A stretch of DNA of 64,000 bases from Candidatus Magasanikbacteria bacterium GW2011_GWC2_37_14 (GTDB taxonomy: Bacteria > Patescibacteriota > Patescibacteriia > Magasanikbacterales > UBA922): positions 6,000 through 69,999 of the forward strand of contig LBSX01000002.1 of assembly GCA_000990355.1 (NCBI GenBank), given 5' to 3'. The translations under genes and the position numbers were made by a program. Below, piece by piece: positions 1 to 8,690 of the stretch. The notes under the pieces were generated by a model. It was not told the DNA's origin. It ran no database searches and saw only the letters and a program-made list of their open reading frames with translations. Positions within the stretch are counted from its first letter, which is position 1; each line of letters starts with the position of its first letter.

Positions 1-2
1 CT

Positions 3-572
3 TTGTTAAAAAAAGAATTCGATATTCATCGAGCCAAAAATCAACAACATCCTTTGCAAGAAAAATATGGCATAGATGCTGTACCAGCACAACACGAAAA
101 ATTAAATGAATGGCGCGAGAATTTTGTAGGTATTCAGTATGAACATCCGGAATTAGGAATCACTATTACTGGGGCAATTGATGATTTATGGGTAAATTCA
201 GCTGGTGAATATATTGTGGTAGATTATAAATCTACTTCCAAGGCCGAAAAAATTGAAGCCTTGGATCAAGAGTGGCAAAATGGTTACAAAAGACAAATGG
301 AAGTTTACCAATGGCTTTTGCGAAAAAATGGTTACCAGGTTTCTAATACTGGATATTTTGTGTATTGTAATGGCGATACCGACAAAGAAGCTTTTGATGG
401 TAAATTAGAATTTGAAATTACTTTAATTGTTCACGAAGGTAATGATAGTTGGGTAGAACAAAGAATTAAAGAAGCTCATGAATGTTTAAAAATTGATAGT
501 TTGCCTAACCCGGGCAAAGCTTGTGATTATTGCGCTTATCGCCAGGGAGTGAAAGAAGTTTTGAGTGTTTAA
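3..572 (+). CDS. PD-(D/E)XK nuclease family protein (RecB/Cas4-like), N-terminus outside window
   Basis: ORF open to window edge. IDDLW...YIVVDYKS...QMEVYQWL fits the D / (D/E)xK / QxxxY nuclease core. C-terminal CDYC pair. Confidence 0.55.
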   Translation: MLKKEFDIHRAKNQQHPLQEKYGIDAVPAQHEKLNEWRENFVGIQYEHPELGITITGAIDDLWVNSAGEYIVVDYKSTSKAEKIEALDQEWQNGYKRQMEVYQWLLRKNGYQVSNTGYFVYCNGDTDKEAFDGKLEFEITLIVHEGNDSWVEQRIKEAHECLKIDSLPNPGKACDYCAYRQGVKEVLSV

Positions 573-574
573 TT

Positions 575-1072
575 ATGCAGTTACCATATAGAAAACCAGG
601 AAAATATAGTCAAATAAAAATTGATCTTCTTTTAACAGAAGAGAAATTTAATGAACTTAAAAAAGATTTAGAAAAATTAAAAAGAAAACAACCTCAGGCA
701 GCTGCCGAAGTGGTTCGTTTGGCGGAGCTTGGTGATTTTTCGGAAAATGTAGAGTACCAATTAGCCAAGGGTAAGTTAAGGGGGATAAATAATGCTATTC
801 TAAAATTGGAATATCAAATAGATCATGCAGAAATAATTAAACCAGAAAAACAAAAAAATACAGTGCAAATTGGTCACGAGGTTTGGGTGCTCGTGAGTGG
901 CCAAGAAAAAAGATTCCAAATTTTGGGTTCAAGCGAGACTAATCCCGAAAAAGGGATTGTGTCTTATTCATCACCACTTGGTTTGGCGCTTTTGGGGCAT
1001 AGAGTCGGGGAGCATGTAAGAGTGAGTTTAGGTGAGCGGGAAATAGAGTACCAGATTTTAAAAATTGAGTAA
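575..1072 (+). CDS. GreA/GreB-family transcription elongation factor (paralog 1)
   Basis: LAELGDFSENVEYQLAKGKL coiled-coil tip motif and C-terminal SPLGLALLGHRVGE. First ATG at 575; the track start 530 overlaps the upstream gene. Confidence 0.8.
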   Translation: MQLPYRKPGKYSQIKIDLLLTEEKFNELKKDLEKLKRKQPQAAAEVVRLAELGDFSENVEYQLAKGKLRGINNAILKLEYQIDHAEIIKPEKQKNTVQIGHEVWVLVSGQEKRFQILGSSETNPEKGIVSYSSPLGLALLGHRVGEHVRVSLGEREIEYQILKIE

Positions 1073-1075
1073 ATC

Positions 1076-1104
1076 TTGACAATTCTTTGTAAATAGTGTA
1101 TACT
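1076..1104 (+). promoter_or_regulatory. sigma70-type promoter TTGACA-N17-TATACT upstream of the cold-shock gene
   Basis: TTGACA 1076-1081, 17-nt spacer, TATACT 1099-1104. Leaves a roughly 80-nt 5' UTR, as is typical for csp genes. Confidence 0.7.
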
Positions 1105-1188
1105 AAAAATCTACAAAATATCCTTAGAAAACTAGTCGACCTTCTTCAGTGATATATAATTTGTATTTTATTCATTACATTTCATACT

Positions 1189-1389
1189 ATGAAAGGTGCA
1201 ATTAAGACCATCGTTGCTGAAAAGCATTTTGGTTTCATCACCCCTGAGGATGGTTCTAAAGACGTTTTCTTCCATGAATCCGGTTTAGTAGACCTTCAAT
1301 TTGGTGACTTAAAAGCTGGTGATATGGTAAGTTTCGACGTTGAGCAGTCCGACAAAGGACCACGCGCTATCAACGTTGTTCGCGCTTAA
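1189..1389 (+). CDS. cold-shock protein (CspA family)
   Basis: 66 aa. KHFGFITPEDGSKDVFFH carries the RNP1/RNP2-like cold-shock domain motifs. Confidence 0.92.
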   Translation: MKGAIKTIVAEKHFGFITPEDGSKDVFFHESGLVDLQFGDLKAGDMVSFDVEQSDKGPRAINVVRA

Positions 1390-1400
1390 TCATTCAGATT

Positions 1401-1434
1401 AAAAACACCCCGCATTTTGCGGGGTGTTTTTTTT
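1401..1434 (+). terminator. rho-independent terminator after the csp gene
   Basis: ACACCCCGC-atttt-GCGGGGTGT stem followed by a T-run. Confidence 0.8.
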
Positions 1435-1442
1435 AATATTTT

Positions 1443-1495
1443 CCCTCCCCTATGAGGGGAGGGGTAGCCTGCCTGCCGGTAGGCAGGGGTGGGGT
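1443..1495. repeat. GC-rich composite hairpin element (CCCTCCCCT/AGGGGAGGG hairpin plus CCTGCC/GGCAGG hairpin plus GGGGTGGGG)
   Basis: Two adjacent perfect hairpins in the spacer between convergent genes. The same modules recur at 37916-37953, 38422-38449, 47248-47273 and 31756-31777. Confidence 0.75.
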
Positions 1496-1499
1496 TTGT

Positions 1500-2129
1500 T
1501 TATTTCTTCTTTTTTGCAACAACTTTTTTTACAGCTGCTTTTGTTTTAGTTTTCTTTTCTTTTGTAGCTTCTTTTTCAACTACTTCTTTAACAACAGTTT
1601 CTTTGGTTTTTTTTGTTTCAGGTTTGCTTTCAGTAACAACTCCCAAAAACTTCATTAATTTATCAATTTTTACATGAAGTTGCTTGATTTGTTCTGTTAC
1701 GTCGCCATTATCTCTACTACCTCTGTTTTCGTCTTTTTTAAAGCAATTACTACAATATACAGGTTTATCAGTTGGTCGAAAAGGCACTTGGCAATTGTCG
1801 CCACATTTAGCGCAAGTAGCATCATGCATCTGGCGATCAGCACCAAAGTTTGGTCTTTCGCGACGGTCGCTGGCAAAATTACTTGGTCTACTGCCGCCAC
1901 CATTGTCTTGCTGTTTGCCAAAGCAATTACTGCAAAACACTGGACGTTCACCAGATGGTCTAAATGGTAATTCACAGTTGTCTCCACATTCACTGCAAAC
2001 AGCCTTAAAACGAGCTGGTTTATCTCCATCACGGTCAAATCTACCTCCACCGCCAAATGATTTACCGCCACCAAATTTACGGCCAAAACCACCACTAGAT
2101 TTTCGATCGTCTCTATTAAAATTTTTCAT
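1500..2129 (-). CDS. zinc-ribbon protein with two CxxC-x16/17-CxxC modules, Gly/Arg-rich N-terminus and Lys-rich tail
   Basis: CSECGDNCELPFRP...CSNC and CAKCGDNCQVPFRP...CSNC internal repeat. KKTKTKAAVKKVVAKKKK tail. The overlapping plus-strand ORFs are low-complexity shadows. Confidence 0.65.
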   Translation of the reverse strand: MKNFNRDDRKSSGGFGRKFGGGKSFGGGGRFDRDGDKPARFKAVCSECGDNCELPFRPSGERPVFCSNCFGKQQDNGGGSRPSNFASDRRERPNFGADRQMHDATCAKCGDNCQVPFRPTDKPVYCSNCFKKDENRGSRDNGDVTEQIKQLHVKIDKLMKFLGVVTESKPETKKTKETVVKEVVEKEATKEKKTKTKAAVKKVVAKKKK

Positions 2130-2207
2130 ATTTCAATATTTTATATTAATTAAACAACAAGTGACCTAAGCTTACCACAGAATGGTATAAAAAACAAGGG
2201 GCGTGGT

Positions 2208-3380
2208 CTAAAAATGATTTGTTTGAGCTTCTTGATATAATTTTTCAAAAGCAAGAATAGTGGTAGAGACATCGTGTTTTTTAATAATTTCCAAACTTTC
2301 TTGGCCAAATTTTTGGCGTAAGTCACTATTTTCTAGTAATTGTTTAAGATAATTAGCCAATTCCAAATAGTTATTATCATTAAACAAAAAACCATTTTCA
2401 TTAGGGTAAACTAATTCTGGTAAAGCCAAAGCATTGGCAGCTACCACAGGTAAACTAGTAGCCATAGCTTCCATTGTTACCAAACTTTGTAATTCTGCAG
2501 TGCCAGCCATTACAAAAATATTTGCCAAAGGATAAACAAAAGGTAAGTCTTCGTCACTTACATATCCCAAAAATGTTACATTATTACTAATATTTAAATT
2601 TTTAGCCAAATTTTCCAAATTTTGTCTTTCATTACCATTGCCAGCAACTATAAAATGTATATCAATATTTTTTTTCAATTCTGCAACAGCGCGTAATACT
2701 GTATCAACATGTTTTTCTGGGGATAGACGATTAACTACTAAAATAGTTGGTTTGTTTGGTAAATTATGGCGTTTTTTTAAATAATCACTATTATTATTTG
2801 GATTAAATTTTTTCATGTCTATACCACAAGAGAGAGGAATAATTTCTTGAGTTAGGCCAATTTTTTTTAAAACATTAGCTGCTGTTTTGGTAGGTGTAGT
2901 AATAATGGGTAACTTGGAAAAATTTCTTTTAAAATGCCACCAGAGTAAATTATTTAAAAGTTTTTTTATTTTTTTTGGTAAAGCCACATAATGGGTTAAA
3001 TTATCTGGCATGAAGTGGTTGGTGGCCACAATTGGCAAATGATTTTTTTTGGCAATTTGTATTAAAGCATTTTCCACGAAAAAATGTCCTTGTACGTGAA
3101 TTACGTCAGGTTTAAAGTTTAAGACAACTGGTTCTAGATGTTTTAACAAACCAAAGGGTAAACTAAAACAATAATCTTTATGAAAGCCCGAGGGCCAAGA
3201 ACTAACCCCTAAAATATTAACTTGATTATGCGTAGAGTAAATGTCATTAAAACTTTTGCCAGGGGCAATTACTAGCACTTCGTGGCCTCGCAATACTAAT
3301 TGTTCGGCCAAGCGTTGCGTAAAATAAGAAGCACCGTCGATGTTTGGATAATAAGTATCTGCGCCGATAATAATTTTCAT
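2208..3380 (-). CDS. glycosyltransferase family 4 (GT-B fold)
   Basis: N-terminal MKIIIGADTYYPNIDGAS and C-terminal ELQSLVTMEAMATSLPVV are typical of GT4/group 1 enzymes. Confidence 0.8.
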   Translation of the reverse strand: MKIIIGADTYYPNIDGASYFTQRLAEQLVLRGHEVLVIAPGKSFNDIYSTHNQVNILGVSSWPSGFHKDYCFSLPFGLLKHLEPVVLNFKPDVIHVQGHFFVENALIQIAKKNHLPIVATNHFMPDNLTHYVALPKKIKKLLNNLLWWHFKRNFSKLPIITTPTKTAANVLKKIGLTQEIIPLSCGIDMKKFNPNNNSDYLKKRHNLPNKPTILVVNRLSPEKHVDTVLRAVAELKKNIDIHFIVAGNGNERQNLENLAKNLNISNNVTFLGYVSDEDLPFVYPLANIFVMAGTAELQSLVTMEAMATSLPVVAANALALPELVYPNENGFLFNDNNYLELANYLKQLLENSDLRQKFGQESLEIIKKHDVSTTILAFEKLYQEAQTNHF

Positions 3381-3383
3381 AAT

Positions 3384-3992
3384 TTATTTGATAAGTTTTT
3401 TCTCTAAATAATTACCAATAAATAAATAGCCAATAAAGATTAAAATAATTATAACCGAAAAAATAATTGTGCCATAAGTTAAATAAGAATTAATTTTTTC
3501 TGAAAGTTGGCCAAGGTAATATCCAATGATTAAAAAAAATAAGGTTTTGGGTATGGTAGCCATTAAATCATATAAGAAAAAAAGCCACCAGTTTATTTTA
3601 ATTATACCAGCGGCTATAAGTATTGGTACTCCGGCCATGTGGGTGATTTTTCCAATGATTAGGGTTTTTCTAGGATGATTGTGAAAAATGTGTTTTAAAA
3701 AATTTAGACGTTTTTCTGACAATTTAGTAAAATTAGCATATTTTTCTGCGAGTTTTTTTCCACCCCAATAACCAGCTAAATAATAAAGACTGTCACTTAC
3801 CATTTCTGCGGCTATAATAATTACAAAAGCCAATAACCAATTAAACAAATCGTGAGCTAATAAAAAACCCACAAACATAGTTATTAGTGGGCCCTCAATA
3901 ATTACAAAAATAAAAACCAGCAAATAACGGTATATAGGTAAAAGTGTGGCAATTGTTGTTAGAGTTAAGAGGTCCATTTTAATGTTATACAT
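3384..3992 (-). CDS. DedA/SNARE-associated family membrane protein
   Basis: Polytopic membrane protein with IIEGPLITMFVGFL and HPRKTLIIGK motifs. The ATG at 3992 overlaps the upstream stop (TAATG). An alternative ATG lies at 3977. The track start 4046 is TTG. Confidence 0.7.
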   Translation of the reverse strand: MYNIKMDLLTLTTIATLLPIYRYLLVFIFVIIEGPLITMFVGFLLAHDLFNWLLAFVIIIAAEMVSDSLYYLAGYWGGKKLAEKYANFTKLSEKRLNFLKHIFHNHPRKTLIIGKITHMAGVPILIAAGIIKINWWLFFLYDLMATIPKTLFFLIIGYYLGQLSEKINSYLTYGTIIFSVIIILIFIGYLFIGNYLEKKLIK

Positions 3993-6583
3993 TATATAGC
4001 AAATAAAAACCCATAACTCAAAGAAGTATAGGCCATATCTTGCCAAACAGTAAATTCATTCATATCCGGCATGCGGGCCCAAGGAGCATATTGTCGAAGG
4101 GCAGGAATATTTTTTGGGGTGGGATAAAAATTATTATACACCAAACAACCCCAAGCATCGGTAGGTTCACAATCGCCGTCATAATCTCGTGCATGGGGAC
4201 CATAAATAGGTAATCCAGGGACTGGTTTTTCTTGTTGGTCATACATAGAATTCAAATGTAGTGGAAATTCGGGATTTCTAATTCCTAATCCAGTTATCCA
4301 AGAAAGACCCAAAGGATTTTCTCCTAATTGATAATCAGCATTTAAAGAAATTGCGTCGATATATTTTTGATCTTTGGTAAAATAATATGCCATTGCAGTG
4401 CCAACAATACTTCTCATAGAGTTTGATCCCGAGCCCCAAGCAATTGCGTAATTAAAATTAGTAGAATTTTTATATTTATTTTCCATAATTTGTTCTACTT
4501 CGTCATTGCCAATTTCAATAATTCTATTTTTTACTTGTTCTTGAAAATCTCTGTCAACGTTGGTGCCATTGGCATTGCTATAACCCCAAAAAGAATAAAT
4601 ATTTGCAAACCAAGTAGGACCACGATAGGTTGGGTACAATTGTTTAAATACATTTTGATATTTTGTTTCATTGGTTAAAGCAAATAATTCTCCGGCGGCG
4701 TACATTTTTTCTCTTTCTAGTTCATTCAGTTTGTCTTCGTTACTTCTTTCTACAGGCGCTGTCGTGCCAAGGCTAGTTTGTTTTTCTGCCCAATCCCAAG
4801 CTTTCAAGGCTTTATTTTTTAAATCAGTGGCTTTGTTTTTTCCGGCGGGATAATTTTCCAAAATTCTCGCTAAATGTGCAGCTGCTCCGGCAAATTTATA
4901 AGAAGTCCATCTGTTTGGAGCATATGTCCAGTAGGGAAGTGTGTCACCCTCACATGTAGAAGAACCTGGGTGAGCATAACTCTCAACGCCAGCTCTTACT
5001 CCGCCGTCTGATTCTTGTAAAGTTTCCCATAATTTTATTCCCCATAAAGCTTCATCCAAAACATCTGGAATTTGGTTTCCACTTTCCGGAATATTTAATT
5101 GATTGTCTGTAAATTTATTAGGAAACATTTCTTGTAAGGTTGTTAAATCTTCGACAATTAGTAAATGCATTGGTCTTAAATCAAAATCACCAGCATCAAA
5201 CCAACCACCACTAATATTTATCGGGTTATTTTTGGAAGTATTTTTAGAAAATTTTTCACCAAAATCTTCCAATATATTTGTTTCAAATACTTGGTTCAGG
5301 CACATTTTATGAATCCAGTTGGTATATTTTGATTCTAGGGCTGTGCCAGCCCGTTGGTGGTACAAACCGCGAATTGCTGTATAAAAGGCTGTAAAAGCAG
5401 AATCTAGCCCTACGCTAAAGACAAGAGATCGACCAATTCCTTCTACCTCAAGATAATAATTACCTTCGTTTAAATCACTTAAATCTAATTCATATAAAAT
5501 TTCTCCACTTAGATTGTCCGATCCTAAGTTTGTTGATTTTCCCGAACTGACCAATTGTTTGGAACTGGCATTATACACTTGATAATTTAATTGTGTCGGC
5601 AATATTAAAGCACCGCCAGAACCTAACCAATAACCAACATAAGCATAGCGTTCTTTTGCTTTTAAAGAAAAACCATGTTGATTAATTTTAATAGCTTTGG
5701 CAATTTGCAAATCTTTGCCAGGCATTAAATTCCAAGAAGAAAATTGTTCATTGGAAAAATAACCAATTGTTCCGTTATAAACATATTTTTTACCTGTTGG
5801 GTTAATAAGTTCTACTGTATAATTTTGATCATTTTTTAATTCTTTAGGTAAAGTTAAATACAAAGTATGTCTTAAAACAACGTCGGCTTGGTTTTGGCCG
5901 TTATAATCTCTGTCTTCAGCATCTAATACTGCCGAAAATCGATCAATTTTTGTAGGATGAACAATATTTTTGTAATTTATATCACTAGTAGAAATAATAT
6001 TCCAATTGTTTGCATTCATTATAAAATTTAAATCAATTTCACCATCAAAAATTACTTCCGCTATTTTATTAGTAATTAGTCCAATTGAATTATTTTTTAT
6101 TACGACTTCAGAAGTAGTAAATTCACTGTCTGGATATATTTCCGAGTTGTTTATGGTTAATATTCTGTCCCAGCGATAGCCCAAATTATTAAAAGCAGTT
6201 TCATTAGCAATGTGTTTTTTTAATAAAATTCCTTTTTCACTGTATTCTAAGCGATAAACTTTATTACTATTAGCATATTTTATAATTGTAAATTCTGGGT
6301 GATGGTCAGTGTAATTTATTTCACCGGCAGTTTCGTATTTATTTAATAATTCGACATCAATATTTTCAATCCAATTCCAAGGGTATTTTAAAGAGTTAAA
6401 AATATTTTCAGATTTTATCCAATATTTTTTATTGTTCAATAATATATACACCTTTGGGTCGTTGGGAATTTTTACCAAAGCGCCATGCAGGGTGTTATTA
6501 ATAGAAAATGCTTTTGGCACAAACAATACAAAGGCAAAAACTAAGTTTAAAACAATTAAACTAAATATTTTTCTTTTATTCAT
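3992..6583 (-). CDS. secreted glycoside hydrolase family 9-like protein (endoglucanase-like) with long N-terminal beta-rich region
   Basis: Signal peptide MNKRKIFSLIVLNLVFAFVLFVPKAFS. GGWFDAGDFDLRP and DYQLGENPLGLSWITGLG resemble the GH9 catalytic signatures. Confidence 0.65.
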   Translation of the reverse strand: MNKRKIFSLIVLNLVFAFVLFVPKAFSINNTLHGALVKIPNDPKVYILLNNKKYWIKSENIFNSLKYPWNWIENIDVELLNKYETAGEINYTDHHPEFTIIKYANSNKVYRLEYSEKGILLKKHIANETAFNNLGYRWDRILTINNSEIYPDSEFTTSEVVIKNNSIGLITNKIAEVIFDGEIDLNFIMNANNWNIISTSDINYKNIVHPTKIDRFSAVLDAEDRDYNGQNQADVVLRHTLYLTLPKELKNDQNYTVELINPTGKKYVYNGTIGYFSNEQFSSWNLMPGKDLQIAKAIKINQHGFSLKAKERYAYVGYWLGSGGALILPTQLNYQVYNASSKQLVSSGKSTNLGSDNLSGEILYELDLSDLNEGNYYLEVEGIGRSLVFSVGLDSAFTAFYTAIRGLYHQRAGTALESKYTNWIHKMCLNQVFETNILEDFGEKFSKNTSKNNPINISGGWFDAGDFDLRPMHLLIVEDLTTLQEMFPNKFTDNQLNIPESGNQIPDVLDEALWGIKLWETLQESDGGVRAGVESYAHPGSSTCEGDTLPYWTYAPNRWTSYKFAGAAAHLARILENYPAGKNKATDLKNKALKAWDWAEKQTSLGTTAPVERSNEDKLNELEREKMYAAGELFALTNETKYQNVFKQLYPTYRGPTWFANIYSFWGYSNANGTNVDRDFQEQVKNRIIEIGNDEVEQIMENKYKNSTNFNYAIAWGSGSNSMRSIVGTAMAYYFTKDQKYIDAISLNADYQLGENPLGLSWITGLGIRNPEFPLHLNSMYDQQEKPVPGLPIYGPHARDYDGDCEPTDAWGCLVYNNFYPTPKNIPALRQYAPWARMPDMNEFTVWQDMAYTSLSYGFLFAI

Positions 6584-6633
6584 ATCTTTTATTTTACTCT
6601 AATAAGTGAGTAAAAACAATTTATTTATAAGAT

Positions 6634-6666
6634 ATAAAAAAATAATGGCCCAATAAAGCCATTATT
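6634..6666 (-). terminator. rho-independent terminator after the small TPVE-repeat ORF
   Basis: AATAATGGC / GCCATTATT 9-bp stem, followed on the minus strand by TTTTT. Confidence 0.6.
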
Positions 6667-6692
6667 TCATTTATTTTACAATTTTTGTAAAA

Positions 6693-6806
6693 TTATGCTT
6701 GAGGTTCAACTGGAGTTTCTTCTGGGGTAGGTTCTACTGGAGTTGCTGTTTCCTCGACTGGAGTAGTGGCTGTAGTTTCGTCTGTAGTAGGTTCGTCTTG
6801 CATCAT
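6693..6806 (-). CDS. candidate 37-aa acidic Thr/Pro/Glu-rich peptide (MMQDEPTTDETTATTPVEETATPVEPTPEETPVEPQA)
   Basis: Not in the ORF track (<60 aa). Bracketed by a perfect consensus promoter and a terminator. Contains three ACTCCAGTnGAr repeats. Confidence 0.35.
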   Translation of the reverse strand: MMQDEPTTDETTATTPVEETATPVEPTPEETPVEPQA

Positions 6807-6856
6807 ATGTGTGATACTTATGTATAAAGGCCAACTAGTGTTAGTCAGTGGAATCA

Positions 6857-6885
6857 ATTATATCACGTTTTGATTATCTTGTCAA
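6857..6885 (-). promoter_or_regulatory. perfect consensus promoter TTGACA-N17-TATAAT (minus strand)
   Basis: Minus-strand TTGACA at 6885-6880, 17-nt spacer, TATAAT at 6862-6857. Confidence 0.65.
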
Positions 6886-6945
6886 TGATAAATTTTACCT
6901 TACACTACTTGGCTCGGGGTCACGAACGACGTTCGAACCAGCTTG

Positions 6946-7404
6946 TTAGAATTTTAAAAGACTGGCAATACACAAAACTACCCCAGCACCAAAAAGACAA
7001 CCAGCCATTTTACCAACCGCGGATTTAAGCATTGTCCTTTCTTCAGACACAAATTGAAGTCTTAATTTTTCGGCAGAATAGCCCTCAAAGATCCCCGCTA
7101 TTCCGTCTGTTATGGCATTTCCGACAACACCGCCAAGGATAGCCCCTGTTACCCCACCAAAATGACCGCCAAAGATTGCCATTATCGCTAGAATACCATT
7201 ATCTATCAATCCGAAGTATATATCCGGCAAAACGGATTTTATATTTATTTTAAAAGGTAAAAGAGAGAGAAGACAAAGTATGGACAATAAAATCAACACA
7301 AGACCTATCCAGTGACCGTCGTTAACAAGATATATGCTAACCGCACCGATTATAATACAAAGTGCAAGTATGTTAACGATAGCTAAAAAGAACTTCTTAT
7401 TCAT
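6946..7404 (-). CDS. small membrane protein with glycine-zipper segment, unknown function
   Basis: Hydrophobic helices. GGHFGGVTGAILGGVVGNAITDGIAGIFEG. Confidence 0.5.
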   Translation of the reverse strand: MNKKFFLAIVNILALCIIIGAVSIYLVNDGHWIGLVLILLSILCLLSLLPFKINIKSVLPDIYFGLIDNGILAIMAIFGGHFGGVTGAILGGVVGNAITDGIAGIFEGYSAEKLRLQFVSEERTMLKSAVGKMAGCLFGAGVVLCIASLLKF

Positions 7405-7406
7405 AT

Positions 7407-8585
7407 TTATTTATTAATGTTTAATCTTTTTTTGTACTTGTTTGGCTTATTAGCAACAATCTCCTTGTATATCGTCATCAATTTTGTTGTCATGTTTTTT
7501 GAACTAAATTGTTTTGAGCTTGCAAGCGCTCCTGCGGACAGTTTTTTCCGCAGAACATCATCACTTAAAATAAGCTGAATTTTTTCAACCATTTCTTTTT
7601 CAGAATTAACCAAATACCCATTAACGCCATCCTTAATGATTTCCGGAGCTACTCCGACAGGGAACGTTACGGGAATAATTCCTTGTGACATGCCTTCAAC
7701 CATACTCAAACAAAACCCTTCATAACGGGAAGTAACCAATAATATACTACCACAGAGGGCACTCAATTTTTCTTTAATTTCTGGTTTATACAGGTTTGTA
7801 TAAACAGTGTGAAGATTTATAGACGATCTTAACCAAGAACTAATGTTTTTATTAGCCGTCATTAGAATGCTAAGTTTGGGCACATCTCTAAACGCTCGAT
7901 AAGCATAAATAAGACGATCTAGCCCTTTTAATTTGAGGGTAAACACATTTTGGCCGATACGTCCCAAATAAACAAGAAAAGGGGCTGTTGTGGTCGTTGT
8001 TGGACTGTTTTCAAACCAAAAATCTTCTATCGCATTATGGACTACATGAATTTTTGTTTCATCAATTCCGCTGTTTATCAAATCGTTCTTTACTATCTCC
8101 GAGGTTGCCACAATAGCCGTGACTCGTTTAGCGACTAAATTTTCGATATCCGCTATATCTCTTAGTGGTCTTCTGGTTTTTATATTAAGTTCATTAATAA
8201 TTTTGGCTTGTTTTAATTCGTTCCAAATTTTTCTTAATTTTGGTTCAGTTTGGTTTGTGTGAGGTGTTGCGTGGATAAAACCACTCGTTGTTGAACCAAA
8301 ATGAGAAACGATAGGGGTTGAAAAAGATAAGAATGCAATCGTTGTGTATGTAGTTCCTTGGATAATATCACAGCTCAAAACTTTATTTCTATGTTCTAAC
8401 AAACTAAAAAAGAATAATATATTGTTGAAACCTTTCATGTGGTGTGGAGCGTCTACCAATTTTACTTTAGGATAAAAATGTATCATTTCGACGCCCTCTC
8501 CTTCTAATTTGCAAGAAATCAGGCTGTTTATACAACCTGCCCCAGTTTTTAATTTTTTATCTTGGTGAATAAAGGCGATTTTCAT
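7407..8585 (-). CDS. glycosyltransferase family 4
   Basis: C-terminal TSRYEGFCLSMVEGMSQGIIPV...DGVNGYLV matches the GT4 EX7E region. Confidence 0.75.
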   Translation of the reverse strand: MKIAFIHQDKKLKTGAGCINSLISCKLEGEGVEMIHFYPKVKLVDAPHHMKGFNNILFFFSLLEHRNKVLSCDIIQGTTYTTIAFLSFSTPIVSHFGSTTSGFIHATPHTNQTEPKLRKIWNELKQAKIINELNIKTRRPLRDIADIENLVAKRVTAIVATSEIVKNDLINSGIDETKIHVVHNAIEDFWFENSPTTTTTAPFLVYLGRIGQNVFTLKLKGLDRLIYAYRAFRDVPKLSILMTANKNISSWLRSSINLHTVYTNLYKPEIKEKLSALCGSILLVTSRYEGFCLSMVEGMSQGIIPVTFPVGVAPEIIKDGVNGYLVNSEKEMVEKIQLILSDDVLRKKLSAGALASSKQFSSKNMTTKLMTIYKEIVANKPNKYKKRLNINK

Positions 8586-8690
8586 ATGGTAAGTCTATCA
8601 TAAAATATGATATACAACTAGGTACATTATGCCATGCAGTTTATTTTCCAGTTCAAACGTCTTGCCTCCACCTAAGGCAACTTGCATAAA

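Noticed and set aside
1452-2169. Plus-strand ORFs 1452-1658, 1489-1677, 1674-1970 and 1684-2169, and the minus-strand ORF 1697-2095
   Set aside because: They overlap the zinc-ribbon gene 1500-2129, in antisense or in an alternate frame. Their low-complexity F/L/S-rich or P-rich translations are typical shadow ORFs. The zinc-ribbon frame has a clear repeated Cys motif.
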